Source: Lingula anatina
Lineage: Eukaryota; Animalia; Brachiopoda
Assembly: GCA_051362555.1 (NCBI GenBank)
Contig: CM120646.1
Coordinates: 15,376,001-15,440,000 of the forward strand
DNA length: 64,000 nt
Direction: 5' to 3'
Shown one piece after another: positions 29,394-41,111 of the stretch. The translations under genes were made by a program, and so were the position numbers. The notes below the pieces were generated by a model. It was not told the DNA's origin. It saw nothing but the letters and a program-made list of their open reading frames with translations, and did no database searches. Numbering within the stretch: the stretch's first letter is position 1; each line of letters starts with the position of its first letter.

Positions 29394-31763
29394 TTTTATT
29401 ATACATTGTTACACATATATTTATACATGTATATTTGAAGGATGAAGTGTCCAGGGGCCAAGGTCATCAGAGATCAGTTTCAGATGACTCTCTTATCTCT
29501 GGCACATCCCAGACAGGTACGTAATACATGCACAGCATGGACAGTCAGTATATTTAATACTACTTCAAAGAGTCACAAAGTAAATATGTATTAATAGTGT
29601 ATCTTTGCAGAATATCTGAGCAACCTGCTTTGTGGCACTTTTCCAGCGTATGAATCTAAGGGTTGACAACTTAACTTTAATATACTCTGATGGAAATTTA
29701 TCTGTGTTGTCTGTTGATAATGTTAGAGGATTAAACTTTCCACTTGTCTATCAATACTCAGTTCAATCTATATCTTTCAAAGGAAATCACAGCGAATCTG
29801 GATCAAGAGAACCATTACTGCCAGAGGCTGACCAGGCTTCAACTTCTGAGGTAGAAAAGATAAATTGTGACATTGATCATAGTTTAAAAGATAAAAGTAT
29901 AGCAGTATTTTTAAGTGAACCTTATATTGTGAAAATTTTCACAGTTATTCATTATATTTCTGTTATTGATTGATTGATTAATTTATTGTTATTTATCTGT
30001 ATATTAATTGTAATAATAATGATAATATTTTTTGAAACTATAAATTAAATTTATTACTTAAAATTACTGCAAACCTTTCATGAATATTTTCAAGCAGAGT
30101 ACATTATGTAATGTTTAAATATATCCATTATACATGTATTTTATGCCCATATTATTATTATTATTATACATATCCAAACATATATTTATACACTTATATT
30201 TAAAGGATGAAGGGGAAAGAGATGACACAGTCCAGACAGGTAGGTGTGAACATTAATTTTACTTCTGCTTTAAAAACTATAGGGTAGTGTTTCCTAGCTA
30301 AATATTTGAGCAACCTGTTTTGTGGTATTTTTTTAACATGTGTGAAACATTGCTTTCTCTAAAAGGTTATAAATTTGTTATCAAACGATATGGACTATAT
30401 CGTCTAACATCATGTATATTTGTATACTTTCTCATTGCTGATATAATGATTTATTTAAATAAACTGTCTTTCAAACATTCCAAACATTACTGTCATTTTT
30501 CTACAAGAGTTAAAATGAAGTAATCACTGTAGCAAGTATCTGTGTTTTGTTAGTTGTGAAACAAGCATGATTGAAAGAAAAAGAGTTCGCTTCTTGAATA
30601 TCCACTTTGTATCTTTGTAATTTATTCTATTATATTAACTTATTATATGATATATTAGAGAATGTGGGTTATGACTTGGCTAGTAATGGCTAGTACTGGA
30701 CTGTTATGTCTTTTAACAATGACCTAGTGTTGCCTTGAATTACCAAAGATCGTCAGCAGGGCAGTGAGTGTCAGTGAGCTGATACATGTACCTAATTACC
30801 AGATTGCCATCTGTCCTCATTATGTGCTTAGCCCAACATGATATTTTCATTCCCTTTAGTATAAAGAACTGTGGTATCAATTGCAGCAGCAGTGGAGCTT
30901 TACACCAGTAATACTAGAAGATTTTTCCTGTTGTCTTCTGTGATTCTTAATTAATAGAAATGAATAACAGCCTTTCATGATATTCCAGTTGGCCCTAAGA
31001 GTGAAGAGAACCAGGCAACCACCTTTCATGGTACACAAGTTATGGATCCCCCTGTGCCTCTCGGGCAACAAGATAGCCAAGAAGGTATCCCTGCCATTGT
31101 CTCAAAGATTTACGCATTGATTTTTGTGTCAGCATGTTTTCTGTTTTAGTCAGTCTCAACCAAATAGAATTCAATTTAATAAGTGGAGTTCATTATTTTT
31201 GGCCAGTGACAAAGTGGGGCGTGGGGGGGGGGGGGGGGGGGGTTCAGGTACTGGTCAACGGTATGACAACTGAATGCTATTTCATAAATAAGAGTGACTG
31301 ATTGTTATGTAATGTGTATCTCTACTGAGTAAGACTAGAAAAAGTGTGCAAGATGGGTTCTTTGACATTAAATGCCATTGATCTACAATTGATCTTTCCC
31401 TTCAACTGTTTTGTATTAATGCCTCTGCAAACACTGCTATAGCCAGTCTGTCAATCATGAATGTGACATAAATCCTACATAACTAAAATATTGAAGATTT
31501 GCATTGCTATGCAACTTAAAGGTACACATAAGAGGAATTTTGCATCAAAATTGATATTTAATGTATTATCCCGGGGTAAACATGTGCTTTCCCGCAATTG
31601 ACCAAGTTTGACCTTTAATTTTCCTGTCTTGACATTTAAAATAGAAAATATACATATATAATAATAATGCCCCCCCCCCCACTAGAAAATTATGGCCCTC
31701 TTTCTCTTGTGGCTCACTGGTTTATTATAAAAAGGAGGAAACAAGCAAAAAGTTGTTATAAAC

Positions 31764-31819
<56 letters not shown>

Positions 31820-32721
31820 CAGAGACACAACCAGACAGTGGGCCTAATAAGTTGCTGCTAAGTGGGGGAGGAGAAGTGGGAACTGGTGATATCCCCAGTG
31901 GGTATAATCATCAGGGTTTTAGTGAGCAAGTTGCCATGGATTCAGCCTCTTCAAAAATGGAGAGTGGTGGAAGAGTTTTTGCCAACGAAGACATGGGAGC
32001 TAACAATGATAGTCCACTTATGTGGTCAGGTATAAGTGGCAACACCAGTACTTCTACCATTAATACAGAAGCACATGAGCAGACAGCACGTAAACAACTT
32101 CATGGTGAAGATGCACAAGAGGACAATGTCGAAAATGACAGTGAGTATTTGAAGATTCCATTTTTACATACGAAAGATGCTATTAGAAATCATATTGATT
32201 ACATTTTGGAAATTATATTAAAGATGCAAACAAAGTGAAAAGGCATGTCAGATTATTGCTACTTAACCTGATAAATGTCAACATACAGTTTGAAAAATTA
32301 TATTTTATTAAGTACCACAGGATTTTGTTTCAGTATTCCCCAAAAAATGATATTTGGACATATTTTTTTGCTTACTTTTTGCACTATATAAAACTTTGGG
32401 TCATTTTCGGCAGTGCTCATTTGAAAAATTATGCTATTGCACAAGCAGCAGTAGTACATTATACATTAATTTTCTATGTCATTTGGAGAATTTTTGTATT
32501 TAAATACTCCCATAGTTCCAGCCACATATTAAGTACTCTCTTAGATCCAGATACATGCTCAAAACTCATAGAACAGGAAAGACCTGCATCAGGTTAAATA
32601 CTAGTACTCTTATGCTACAGATAATCCTCAGTCAGAAAGGACAGATCCTGGCTACGACAGTGGGCAGGAGAATGAGGAGGAAGAGCTAGATGGAGACGAT
32701 GTGACACTTGTCAGTCAGTGA
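22616..32721 (+). CDS. TNF receptor superfamily-like type I membrane protein, no recognisable death domain
   Basis: Phase-compatible exons: 22616-22660 (signal peptide MLFNTFLVAVAVFTK), 23809-23992 (N-glycosylation-rich), ~25093-25162 (C..CPQGYE; the exon 2/3 junction is ambiguous), 25441-25563 (CERCKQGWF..CTSC..C), 28264-28354 (NCSVEQDGFCSHCPLG), 28701-28903 (CQDCSCC..PEC..QC), 29150-29295 (TM IINIAVPSGLVFIVIIAAIILITW), 29441-29516, 29783-29850, 30206-30239, 31823-32140 and 32621-32721 (TGA). Cys spacing is typical of TNFR cysteine-rich domains. Confidence 0.8.
22711..22792. promoter_or_regulatory. IRF-E/ISRE-like and NF-kB motifs in intron 1 of the TNFR-like gene
   Basis: GTTTCACTTTC (GAAAGTGAAAC on the minus strand) at 22711-22721 and GGGGAATCCC at 22783-22792. 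Confidence 0.55.
23629..23686. repeat. (TA)n microsatellite
   Basis: Directly visible. Confidence 0.95.
24602..24813. mobile_element. Degenerate MITE-like inverted repeat
   Basis: tgacattctcgact (~24641) pairs with agtcgagaatgtca (~24768). Weaker outer arms are ccctcagtaaaaaaa and tttttattactaaggg. Confidence 0.45.
27697..27832. mobile_element. Short MITE-like element with 13-bp terminal inverted repeats
   Basis: actcattcaaatc (27697-27709) and gatttgaatgagt (27820-27832) are exact reverse complements, with AT-rich flanks. Confidence 0.45.
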
Positions 32722-32758
32722 ACTCTCAGAACTGTCTACTGGCCTGCTGGAGAACTCC

Positions 32759-32970
32759 GGGAGTGCCTCCTGGACTACGAGATTGCCTCTTGGATTCGGT
32801 GGATGCCTACTGGACTCTGAGAATGCCTCCTGCACTACGAGATTGCCTCCTGATCTCTGAGAATGCTTCCTAGACTCAATGATTGCCTCCTAATCTCTGA
32901 GAATGCTTCCTGGACACAGCGATTGCCTCCTGATCTCTGAGAGTGCCTCCTGGTGTCTGAGAATGCCTGA
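32759..32970 (+). repeat. Degenerate 20-bp minisatellite (~10-11 units, alternating 40-bp dimer) in the 3' UTR of the TNFR-like gene
   Basis: Units of the form gagaatgcctcctggactac and gagattgcctcctgatctct alternate. Confidence 0.85.
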
Positions 32971-33639
32971 GGATGAGGATGGTTGAGGATGAAAATCTGT
33001 ATGATTTTTTAAAGCTATGGCTGTATGGAGACCATAGCTCTGAGAATTCAAGGACAAAGTGAAATGTTGAATATAAAACATTTATACTAGTGCAGGGTGT
33101 CAAGTTATAACAGATGATCAAAAAAATAAGTAGATGGGATTTATTTTTTTAATATGAAAAAATAGGAATTTTATTGCAACAATAAGAATTAACGACTGTA
33201 TAAAGATGGCCTCTGTACACTTCTACACCTTTAGGTCTAACATGTCTGTCCTTAAAACTCAACACCTCAACACAACACAATATTATTTCAACAGCAGTTA
33301 TTTGTTGAATTTAAAAAAAAACATGAAATGCTAAATTTTTATTTAATACTGCTGTCATTACACATTTAAGTTGCATAGTAACTCTTTCTACAGTGTGCGC
33401 ATGTTTTTGCAAAAATATAATAGATATATTGCAAAATTATGGCAAAAAATGAAATTAAACTCATTAGAACACATTATTTCTACAATCATTAGTTACATAT
33501 AATTTTCAAACAAGAACAAAAATGCTAAGTTTCTATTTAACGCTGCTGGTGTAGCATATCCTAGTTTCTAGGGAGCATTTCGTACAATCTGTACCTGTGT
33601 AGTTCAAACAAAAGTGACCTCAAAAACATCAAATTCTAC

Positions 33640-34660
33640 CATCTAACATGTTTTAGCTTTTTTTGGCAGAGCCACCAGTCTTCTCACTAGACCTTTTTTG
33701 TCCCCACTGACTGTTTAGCTGAGATGGCTTTCTCTAGCAACATATGTAATACTATCCCGTTCTCTAGAGACCTCCATTTGTCTCTGATTTCATCTAGGTG
33801 CCACATATAGTCTTTACTTGCTTAGCTTTGCAGTGTCAAGTATCACAGTTGCCATGTTGATACTTTGTTTATTAACATTTTTGCTAGAAAGAGCTTCATG
33901 TAGCTTTGCTGTGGCGTCATTCAGAAGTTTGTCTGCAGCACTTAACTCTTGTCTTGCAATTGTTTTTTTTTTTTCTTTGGCAAGATCTTTCTCATTCTTA
34001 GCTAATGACTAATGTCTCTTTTTATCCTACAACTTTGTTTGGTTTTTTTTTTTGCTGCTCTGCTTCCTTTCTCCTTTATTTTTGGCTCATTCTTTCCTCT
34101 CCATCTCAGAAGTCTTTCCTCATGTAAACCCATTTGATATGTTACATGGGCTGACCTGACAGACATCTTCAGCTTTTTTGTGATCTTTATATTCTCAGGA
34201 GAAATATCTTATCTGTACTGGGTGATGAAACTGAAACTCGGACTGCTTCCTTCAGAATACGAAGACCAACTGAGACAGCCTCCACCATACAGAGACCAAC
34301 TATAGTAGATTCTCCCAGAGATACCTCTTCTTTGTAATAACTCTAGCATTGATTGACAGACTTTTTTCAGTTTCTGCATTAGTCTGTGCCAAGACCAGTC
34401 CTGCTTTGACTACTTCATAGAGAGACTGTAGCGACCGCTTCCTTCAGCTGACTGACACTGAAAAACTTTGTTCTAGTATTCTTCTTTGTTTTGAATCCCA
34501 CATAGAAAGTCTACTTCAACATCATTCTGGTAGAGTTTCCACTTATCTTGATCGATAGTTACATCTAGGTGTGGTTGTAGTACCCCAGTCAATGATGGAA
34601 GTCCCAGCAGCACTGGTAGTAAATAAGAGTAAGAAAGGGACTGCAGCAAATGCTGACCAC
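33640..34660 (-). pseudogene. Decayed hAT-like DNA transposase C-terminal fragment
   Basis: Frameshifted and stop-broken minus-strand peptides: KWKLYQND, VVKAGLVLAQTNAETEKSLSIN (resembles the hAT dimerisation region LSHGNAxxERGFSxN), GESTIVGL..LKEAVR, IKITKKLKMSVRSAHVTY, then a coiled-coil tail. Confidence 0.65.
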
Positions 34661-35596
34661 ACAGTTAAAGTACAGAAATGTATATAAGCAAAACAATGTA
34701 TATTAGTCTAAATTAAAAGTTTTAACATCCCTGAAGATTATCAATTATGACAGTCACTGCTTTTATTGTTTATCAGCTAGCTTTTGATGAAAAAAAAAAT
34801 TGACTTCAATTTTTTTCATTCCATCAGAATTTAATTATTATATATATTTAGTAAATAAATTAACCCTGCACTTTATGTGGGCTTTTATACATTTTCTTTA
34901 TTTTTATGAACAAGTATATCTTTATATTTCTATTGAACAGATTTAGATTGTCTTCTGCTTTGTAAGTGAGATGCGAGTTTGATATGAAATTTGTACAATT
35001 TTTCTATTGTGAACTTGATCTTAATAGCCTGTAATGTTGTACCTTATTGTAGTAAATTATTTCACATGAATTACAAATCCAAAAATTGTAGTATGATACA
35101 AAATGGCTGTGCTGCACCAATTAAGATTGAAATTTTAAAATGTTAACACGTGGCTTCAACCCAGTCTTTGTCCTAGTACATAACAGTCTGTTGATTGATT
35201 TATTTTTTTATTTTTAGTCTTGTATACACACAATGGACAATAGAAGTATCACCCCTACTGAACCAATACTTTGAGGGAGATAAATGACTGTGGAATAATA
35301 TGTTCCTGGTATCATTTTATTAACATTAAATTTCACTTAAAAAAATACAAATTCATGGTACAGCGGTTTTATACTCATTATAGTCATATTATAAGTAGAC
35401 CAGGCATTATAACTACTCAAGATCTGCCTATTTTGATTACTCTGATTCAGGGTGTGACACTTCTATTGTCCATTTTGTGTAGTATATTATCCAAGTGATT
35501 GTTGAGACAAAAAAAATTCTCTGGTATTACATAATTTAATAAATCTTAATTATCTGAAAGTGTTGCCATTTTTATCTTTTCACATATGCATTCTCT

Positions 35597-35631
<35 letters not shown>

Positions 35632-36329
35632 TCGCTACATCAGGTTTTCTAAAATAATTGTCCATAAAGTCTATGGCAATGATGACAGCTTCTGTTTATC
35701 TCCTTACTCAGGAACCAAACCCCTTCACATTAAACCATGACAATGACAGGTAAGCAAGCTATATCAGATTGTGTCAAATGCAAAAACCTTAGAGTTTTTA
35801 TGTTGTGAAGTGGACACAGTATTAGGTTGTGTACGCATTCTGTAATGAGGAATTGTAAGATGTATATATATATATATTTGTAATTGTAGTGCATGTGTAT
35901 GGGACAAATGTCACCTGTACAAAGTAATGGGGAACAGACCATAATTCCTAGCAGACCATCATTTGTCACACAGATAGAGTCTTAATCGGGCAGCTTCGAA
36001 AAAATGTACAACTTTGCTTTTTATACCATTCAAGCACAAGAGTTCAAGAGCGAGAGAGAGCTAGAGTGAATTTTGTTCCTCCTTACCATGCTTACATATC
36101 CCAATTCTAAGAAATAACTAGAGGATCAGAGAGGCGATACCGCCTCCGAATATTGTACCACCAGCTGGAGCAAGCGCATTCGTATAGACCCCCACATACG
36201 CAAAATAAGGGACACAGCCACCAGTCTTATGCTTGACAAGCTGTAAAAATGCACTCAAAAAGAATTTTCAAAATACGCAAAAAATATATATAACTTAAAA
36301 TGGTACAATCAAAGTTAAGTTCATTGTAA

Positions 36330-37310
36330 GGTAGGTCAAAGGTCAATTTCAAGGTCACAGTAAACTTCCAGTATATGACTTCCTATTCAACTTCAATAGT
36401 AACTATGGACCTATCTCTGCCAGGTTTGGAGTTAAAAGAGAAAGAAATTAGCAGAGTTCAGTTCATGATTATAAGTAGGTCAAAGGTCAATTTCAAGGTC
36501 ACACTAAGATTGCCAGTATATGACTTCCTATTCAAGTTCAATAGTAACTATGGACCTATCTCGCTAGTTTTGGAAATAAAAGGGAAGCAAAATTTCCAAA
36601 GTTCAATTCATGATAAAAAGTAGGTCAAAGGTCAATTTCAAGGTCACATTTAGATTGCCAGTATATGACTTCCTATTCAACTTCAATAGTAACTATGGAC
36701 CTATCTCTGCCAGTTTTGGAGATAAAAGGGAACCAAAATTTGCAAAGTTCAATTCATGATAAAAAGGAGGTCAAAGGTCAATTTCAAGGTCACATTTAAA
36801 TTGCCAGTATATGACTTCCTATTCAACTTCAATAGTAACTATGGACCTATCTCTGCCAGGTTTGGAGTTAAAAGAGAAAGAAATTAGCAGAGTTCAGTTC
36901 ATGGTGAAAAGTAGGTCAAAGGTCAATTTCAAGGTCACATTTAGATTGCCAGTATATGATTTCCTATTCAACTTCAATAGAAACTATGGACCTATCTCTG
37001 CTAGTTTTGGAGATAAAAGGGAAGCAAAATTTCCAAAGTTCAGTTCATGGTGAAAAGTAGGTCAAAAGTCAATTTCAAGGTCACATTTAGATTGCCAGTA
37101 TATGACTTTCTATTCAACTTCAATAGTAACTATGGACCTATCTCTGCCAGTTTTGAGATAAAAGGGAGGCAAAATTTGCAAAGTTCAGTTCATGGTGAAA
37201 AGTAGGTCAATTTCAAGGTCACAGTAAGATTGCCAGTACATGACTTCCTATTCAACTTCAATAGTAACTATGGACTTATCTCTGCCAGTTTTGGAGATAT
37301 AAGGGACTAA
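36330..37310. repeat. ~145-146 bp satellite array 1 (~7 monomers)
   Basis: Repeated aggtcaaaggtcaatttcaaggtcaca...gtatatgacttcctattcaacttcaatagtaactatggacctatctctg. Confidence 0.95.
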
Positions 37311-37587
37311 ATGTTATAATTTTGGAGTTACCATAATGTGCAATAAATTTCCTACGGAAAAAATTAATTAAAATAAAGAAAAGGTCATTTTGGTCAAAAT
37401 TCTTGAAATGGGAGGTGCTCTGAAGTTCCAGATGTTCAAATTTGATGAAATAATGTCATTTTTGACCACAAGTTGCCTGCTTTGCCAAGCCTTATGTTTT
37501 ATTTTTCCGGAGTTCAAAATTTATTATCCATTACCGTTCTGCACATTTTGCTTTAACCACCAAAATGTACTTTTTGATACAGCGTAA

Positions 37588-38630
37588 CTTTGGAGATAAA
37601 AGGGAACCAAAATTTGCAAAGTTCAGTTCATGATGAAAAGTAGGTCAAAGGTCAATTTCAAGGTCACAGTAAGATTGCCAGTATATGACTTCCTATTCAA
37701 GTTCAATAGTAACTATGGACCTATCTCTGCCAGTTTTGGAGATAAAAGGGAACCAAAATTTGCAAAGTTCAATTCATGGTGTAAAGTAGGTCAAAGGTCA
37801 ATTTCAAGGTCACAGTAAGATTGCCAGTATATGACTTCCTATTCAACTTCAATAGTAACTATGGACCTATCTCTGCCAGGTTTGGAGTTAAAAGAGAAAG
37901 AAATTAGCAGAGTTCAGTTCATGGTGAAAAGTAGGTCAAAGGTCAATTTTAAGGTCACATTTAGATTGCCAGTATATGACTTCCTATTCAACTTCAATAG
38001 TAACTATGGACCTATCTCTGCCAGTTTTGGAGATAAAAGGGAAGCAAAATTTGCAAAGTTCAATTCATGGTGTAAAGTAGGTCAAAGGTCAATTTCAAGG
38101 CCACAGTAAGATTGCCAGTATATGACTTCCTATTCAACTTCAATAGTAACTATGGACCTATCTCTGCCAGGTTTGGAGTTAAAAGAGAAAGAAATTAGCA
38201 GAGTTCAGTTCATGGTGAAAAGTAGGTCAAAGGTCAATTTTAAGGTCACATTTAGATTGCCAGTATATGACTTCCTATTCAACTTCAATAGTAACTATGG
38301 ACCTATCTCTGCTAGTTTTGGAGATAAAAGGGAAGCAAAATTTCCAAAGTTCAGTTCATGGTGAAAAGTAGGTCAAAGGTCAATTTCAAGGTCACAGTAA
38401 GATTGCCAGTATATGACTTTCTATTCAACTTCAATAGTAACTATGGACCTATCTCTGCCAGTTTTGGAGATAAAAGGAAGGCAAAATTTGCAAAGTTCAG
38501 TTCATGGTGAAAAGTAGGTCAAAGGTCAATTTCAAGGTCACAGTAAGATTTCCAGTACATGACTTCCTATTCAACTTCAATAGTAACTATAGTCCTATCT
38601 CTGCCAGTTTTGGAGATATAAGGGACTAAA
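37588..38630. repeat. ~145-146 bp satellite array 2 (~7 monomers)
   Basis: Same monomer as array 1. Near-identical spurious ORFs at 37831 and 38122 give a 291-bp dimer period. Confidence 0.95.
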
Positions 38631-40794
38631 TGTTATAATTTCGGAGTTACCTTAATGTGCCATAAATTTCCTACAGAATAAATTAATTAAAATAAAGAAA
38701 AGGTCATTTTGGTCAAAATTCTTGAAATGGGAGGTGCTCTGAAGTTCCAGAAGTTCAAATTTGATGAAATAATGTCATTTTTGACCACAAGTTGTCTGCT
38801 TTGCCAAGCCTTATGTTTTATTTTTCTGGAGTTCAAAATTTATTATCCATTACCGTACTGCACATTTTGCTTTCACCACCAATATGTACTTTTTGATACA
38901 GCGTAACTCGAAAACCGTATGGAATACAAAAAAACCGAGACCACCTCCAGTGTTGGGCTTTACATGCTCTACAAAATGCAAAAAAGAATGGGTCTCTAGC
39001 ATTAACGGTTCCCGAATTAGAGACAGTTTTCAGTTTCGGTATCTTATGGCCGCTACACCTGTGAAAATGCACCGATTGACCCCAAATTCACACAGATGAA
39101 AGATGACCTGAAGGGTAACATTTTCCAATAATATTATTGGTTAAGTCTGTGTGGTGTCTGAATAACAGCGCAAATAAATTTTTTTTCGAAAAAAAATTCA
39201 TTTTTTTGAAAATTTTTGCCCGTTTGACCTTGAAATAAAGGTCAAAGGTCAAATCCAAGGGCATATTTGAAATCTACACATATGACTATTGGAAAGCCGT
39301 CTATAGAAATTTTTCCCATAATTCCTTCCGTAGGGTAGATAATTAGCATTTAATTTTGCCATTTTTGGACAAGGGTGCATTGCAATGAGTGCCACACCTA
39401 GACCCCAATACCGACAAAGCCCAAATTTTACGTGGAACGAGTTGAGATTATAGGTGACCTAAATCCAAGAGATGGGTACGGGGGCCCTTACCGTCTAGGA
39501 GGAGAAGCGGTAACGGTAACATGGCGGCGGAGCCGCAGGAGCCGGCGGAACGGACCGGACGGGACTAAAACCATGTGTACCGCCAGCGCTAACGCTGGTG
39601 GTACAATTATGGACAGGTCCACGAGTAGTATTTCAGCTCATCTTCGTGTAACAACAGTTAATAGTTTTGAAAGTCTTGGAGAGACGTTCTATCACATCAA
39701 GACATCCAAAAGCATTCATTTTGCCAGTTTCATTGAATGAGGAGAGGATTGCATGGAGATAAACTCTTTTTTGAAGTACGGTAATAATGTTATCTCAATT
39801 TGATAGCTATGTCTACAATAATCAGTAATATAACCAATCAATTTCAGGAATTTGTCCTGATAAGCAATAACTAAATGCCACCAAATACAGTACAAAGTAT
39901 GCCAAGGAACAATTTTTTAAAATTAAATTTATTTCCTGACATTTTGTGTAAATATGTGTACAAAGTTTTATATTCAACAACTAAAAATTTGATCTTTAAA
40001 AGCAAAAATGTTTCACTTCACAGATATTTTTAATATCTTTAAAATGCATAAGTGGGGCTATTCTTTCTTTGAACATCAGAAATAAGTGACAAAATTAGTG
40101 AAATGGATTTCAACAAACAAACAATTTTACTGATCATGACATGCAAACCCCTGATGAGCTAAATGCTACTTCCAAGCTTTGTTTTTACCTCAACCACTTT
40201 AAATTTATTTTTAAACAAACAAAAGGTTAACATATTGTAAAGAAAATAAAATTACTAACAAATACAATTGACATATGAACACAGAAAAATTAAATACTTA
40301 TTGCATAAAAGAGGCCTTTGTTTATTTAATCACTTGGTAATTTAATGCAAGATAGTAATATAAATTACCCTACTCAAAGCATAATTTTTTCTCTGCAGCT
40401 CTCCAAAAGGTTAAAAAAATAAATAAATAAATAAATAATAAAATAAAAAAAAAGGGAGTATATGAAAAATACAAAATAACATCATCAACTGGAAAAGATT
40501 TAAGTTTAACTTGAAAATTCCAAACAAATTTTTTGATCAATATTGTTTAAACAATACATAAATTTTAAATAAATAATTGATTCAAATCGTGTGATTTAAT
40601 AACAACATTCATTCATTATCCTAGCTGAATACAGACTATAAAGGCCAGTGTCTTATTGTTACAGTAACAAATATTTCCTGGTTGAAGATACTTTTTAAAT
40701 TATTCATTCATTTTAAATCACAACATTTTCCCCTGGGATCCAAGGATGGATAGAAAACTGATTCTATTTCAATAAATCACCAAATGAAGTAGTT

Positions 40795-41111
40795 TAAAGG
40801 GATGACAACCATTCATATGATGTCCATATTTCATAATAAAGACAATGTGCACAACTCAAAGAAACATAATTAAATTCTACTTTACCACCAAAACAGCAGT
40901 TAACGTAATTATTCTGGAATTTGTGCTTGCCATCTCTTCGAGTGACCTCCACAGATGGCTACACTCTGTATTAATCTCCAAACTTTTTAGAAAAAAGGGA
41001 CTCACTTTGAATGTTAGAACAGATTCATTAACCATTGGTAAGTGTGGGAAAATTGTCCTCTACCCCAGGAAATCCATTTTTGGCCAAAATGAACAGTTGT
41101 TATCCCTTTAA
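40795..41111. mobile_element. TTAA-flanked MITE (Kolobok-like termini), copy 1, diverged
   Basis: ttaa-agggatgacaacc ... gttgttatccct-ttaa. The internal sequence matches the copies at 52547 and 52861. Confidence 0.75.

Larger units (their letters stand above)
36116..39608 (-). mobile_element. Non-autonomous Helitron/Helentron-like (HINE/DINE-1-type) element with internal satellite arrays
   Basis: The minus-strand end reads hairpin (gaggcg-atac-cgcctc, 36131-36146) then CTAG-TT. A perfect 14-bp subterminal inverted repeat is attgtaccaccagc (36152-36165) / gctggtggtacaat (39594-39607). There is a second hairpin at 39576-39605, a (cgga)-like GC microsatellite at ~39523-39565, and internal tandem repeats. 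Confidence 0.75.

Noticed and set aside
31222-31242. Poly-G tracts as functional G-quadruplexes (also 22136-22162)
   Set aside because: They are simple homopolymer runs with no supporting evidence, and their length may be a sequencing artefact.
36375-38906. Repeated ORFs (MTSYSTSIVTMDLSLPGLELK..., MVKILEMGGALK...) as a tandem gene family
   Set aside because: They are by-products of satellite monomers whose length is not a multiple of 3 and of the internal duplication. There are no splice signals or protein features.
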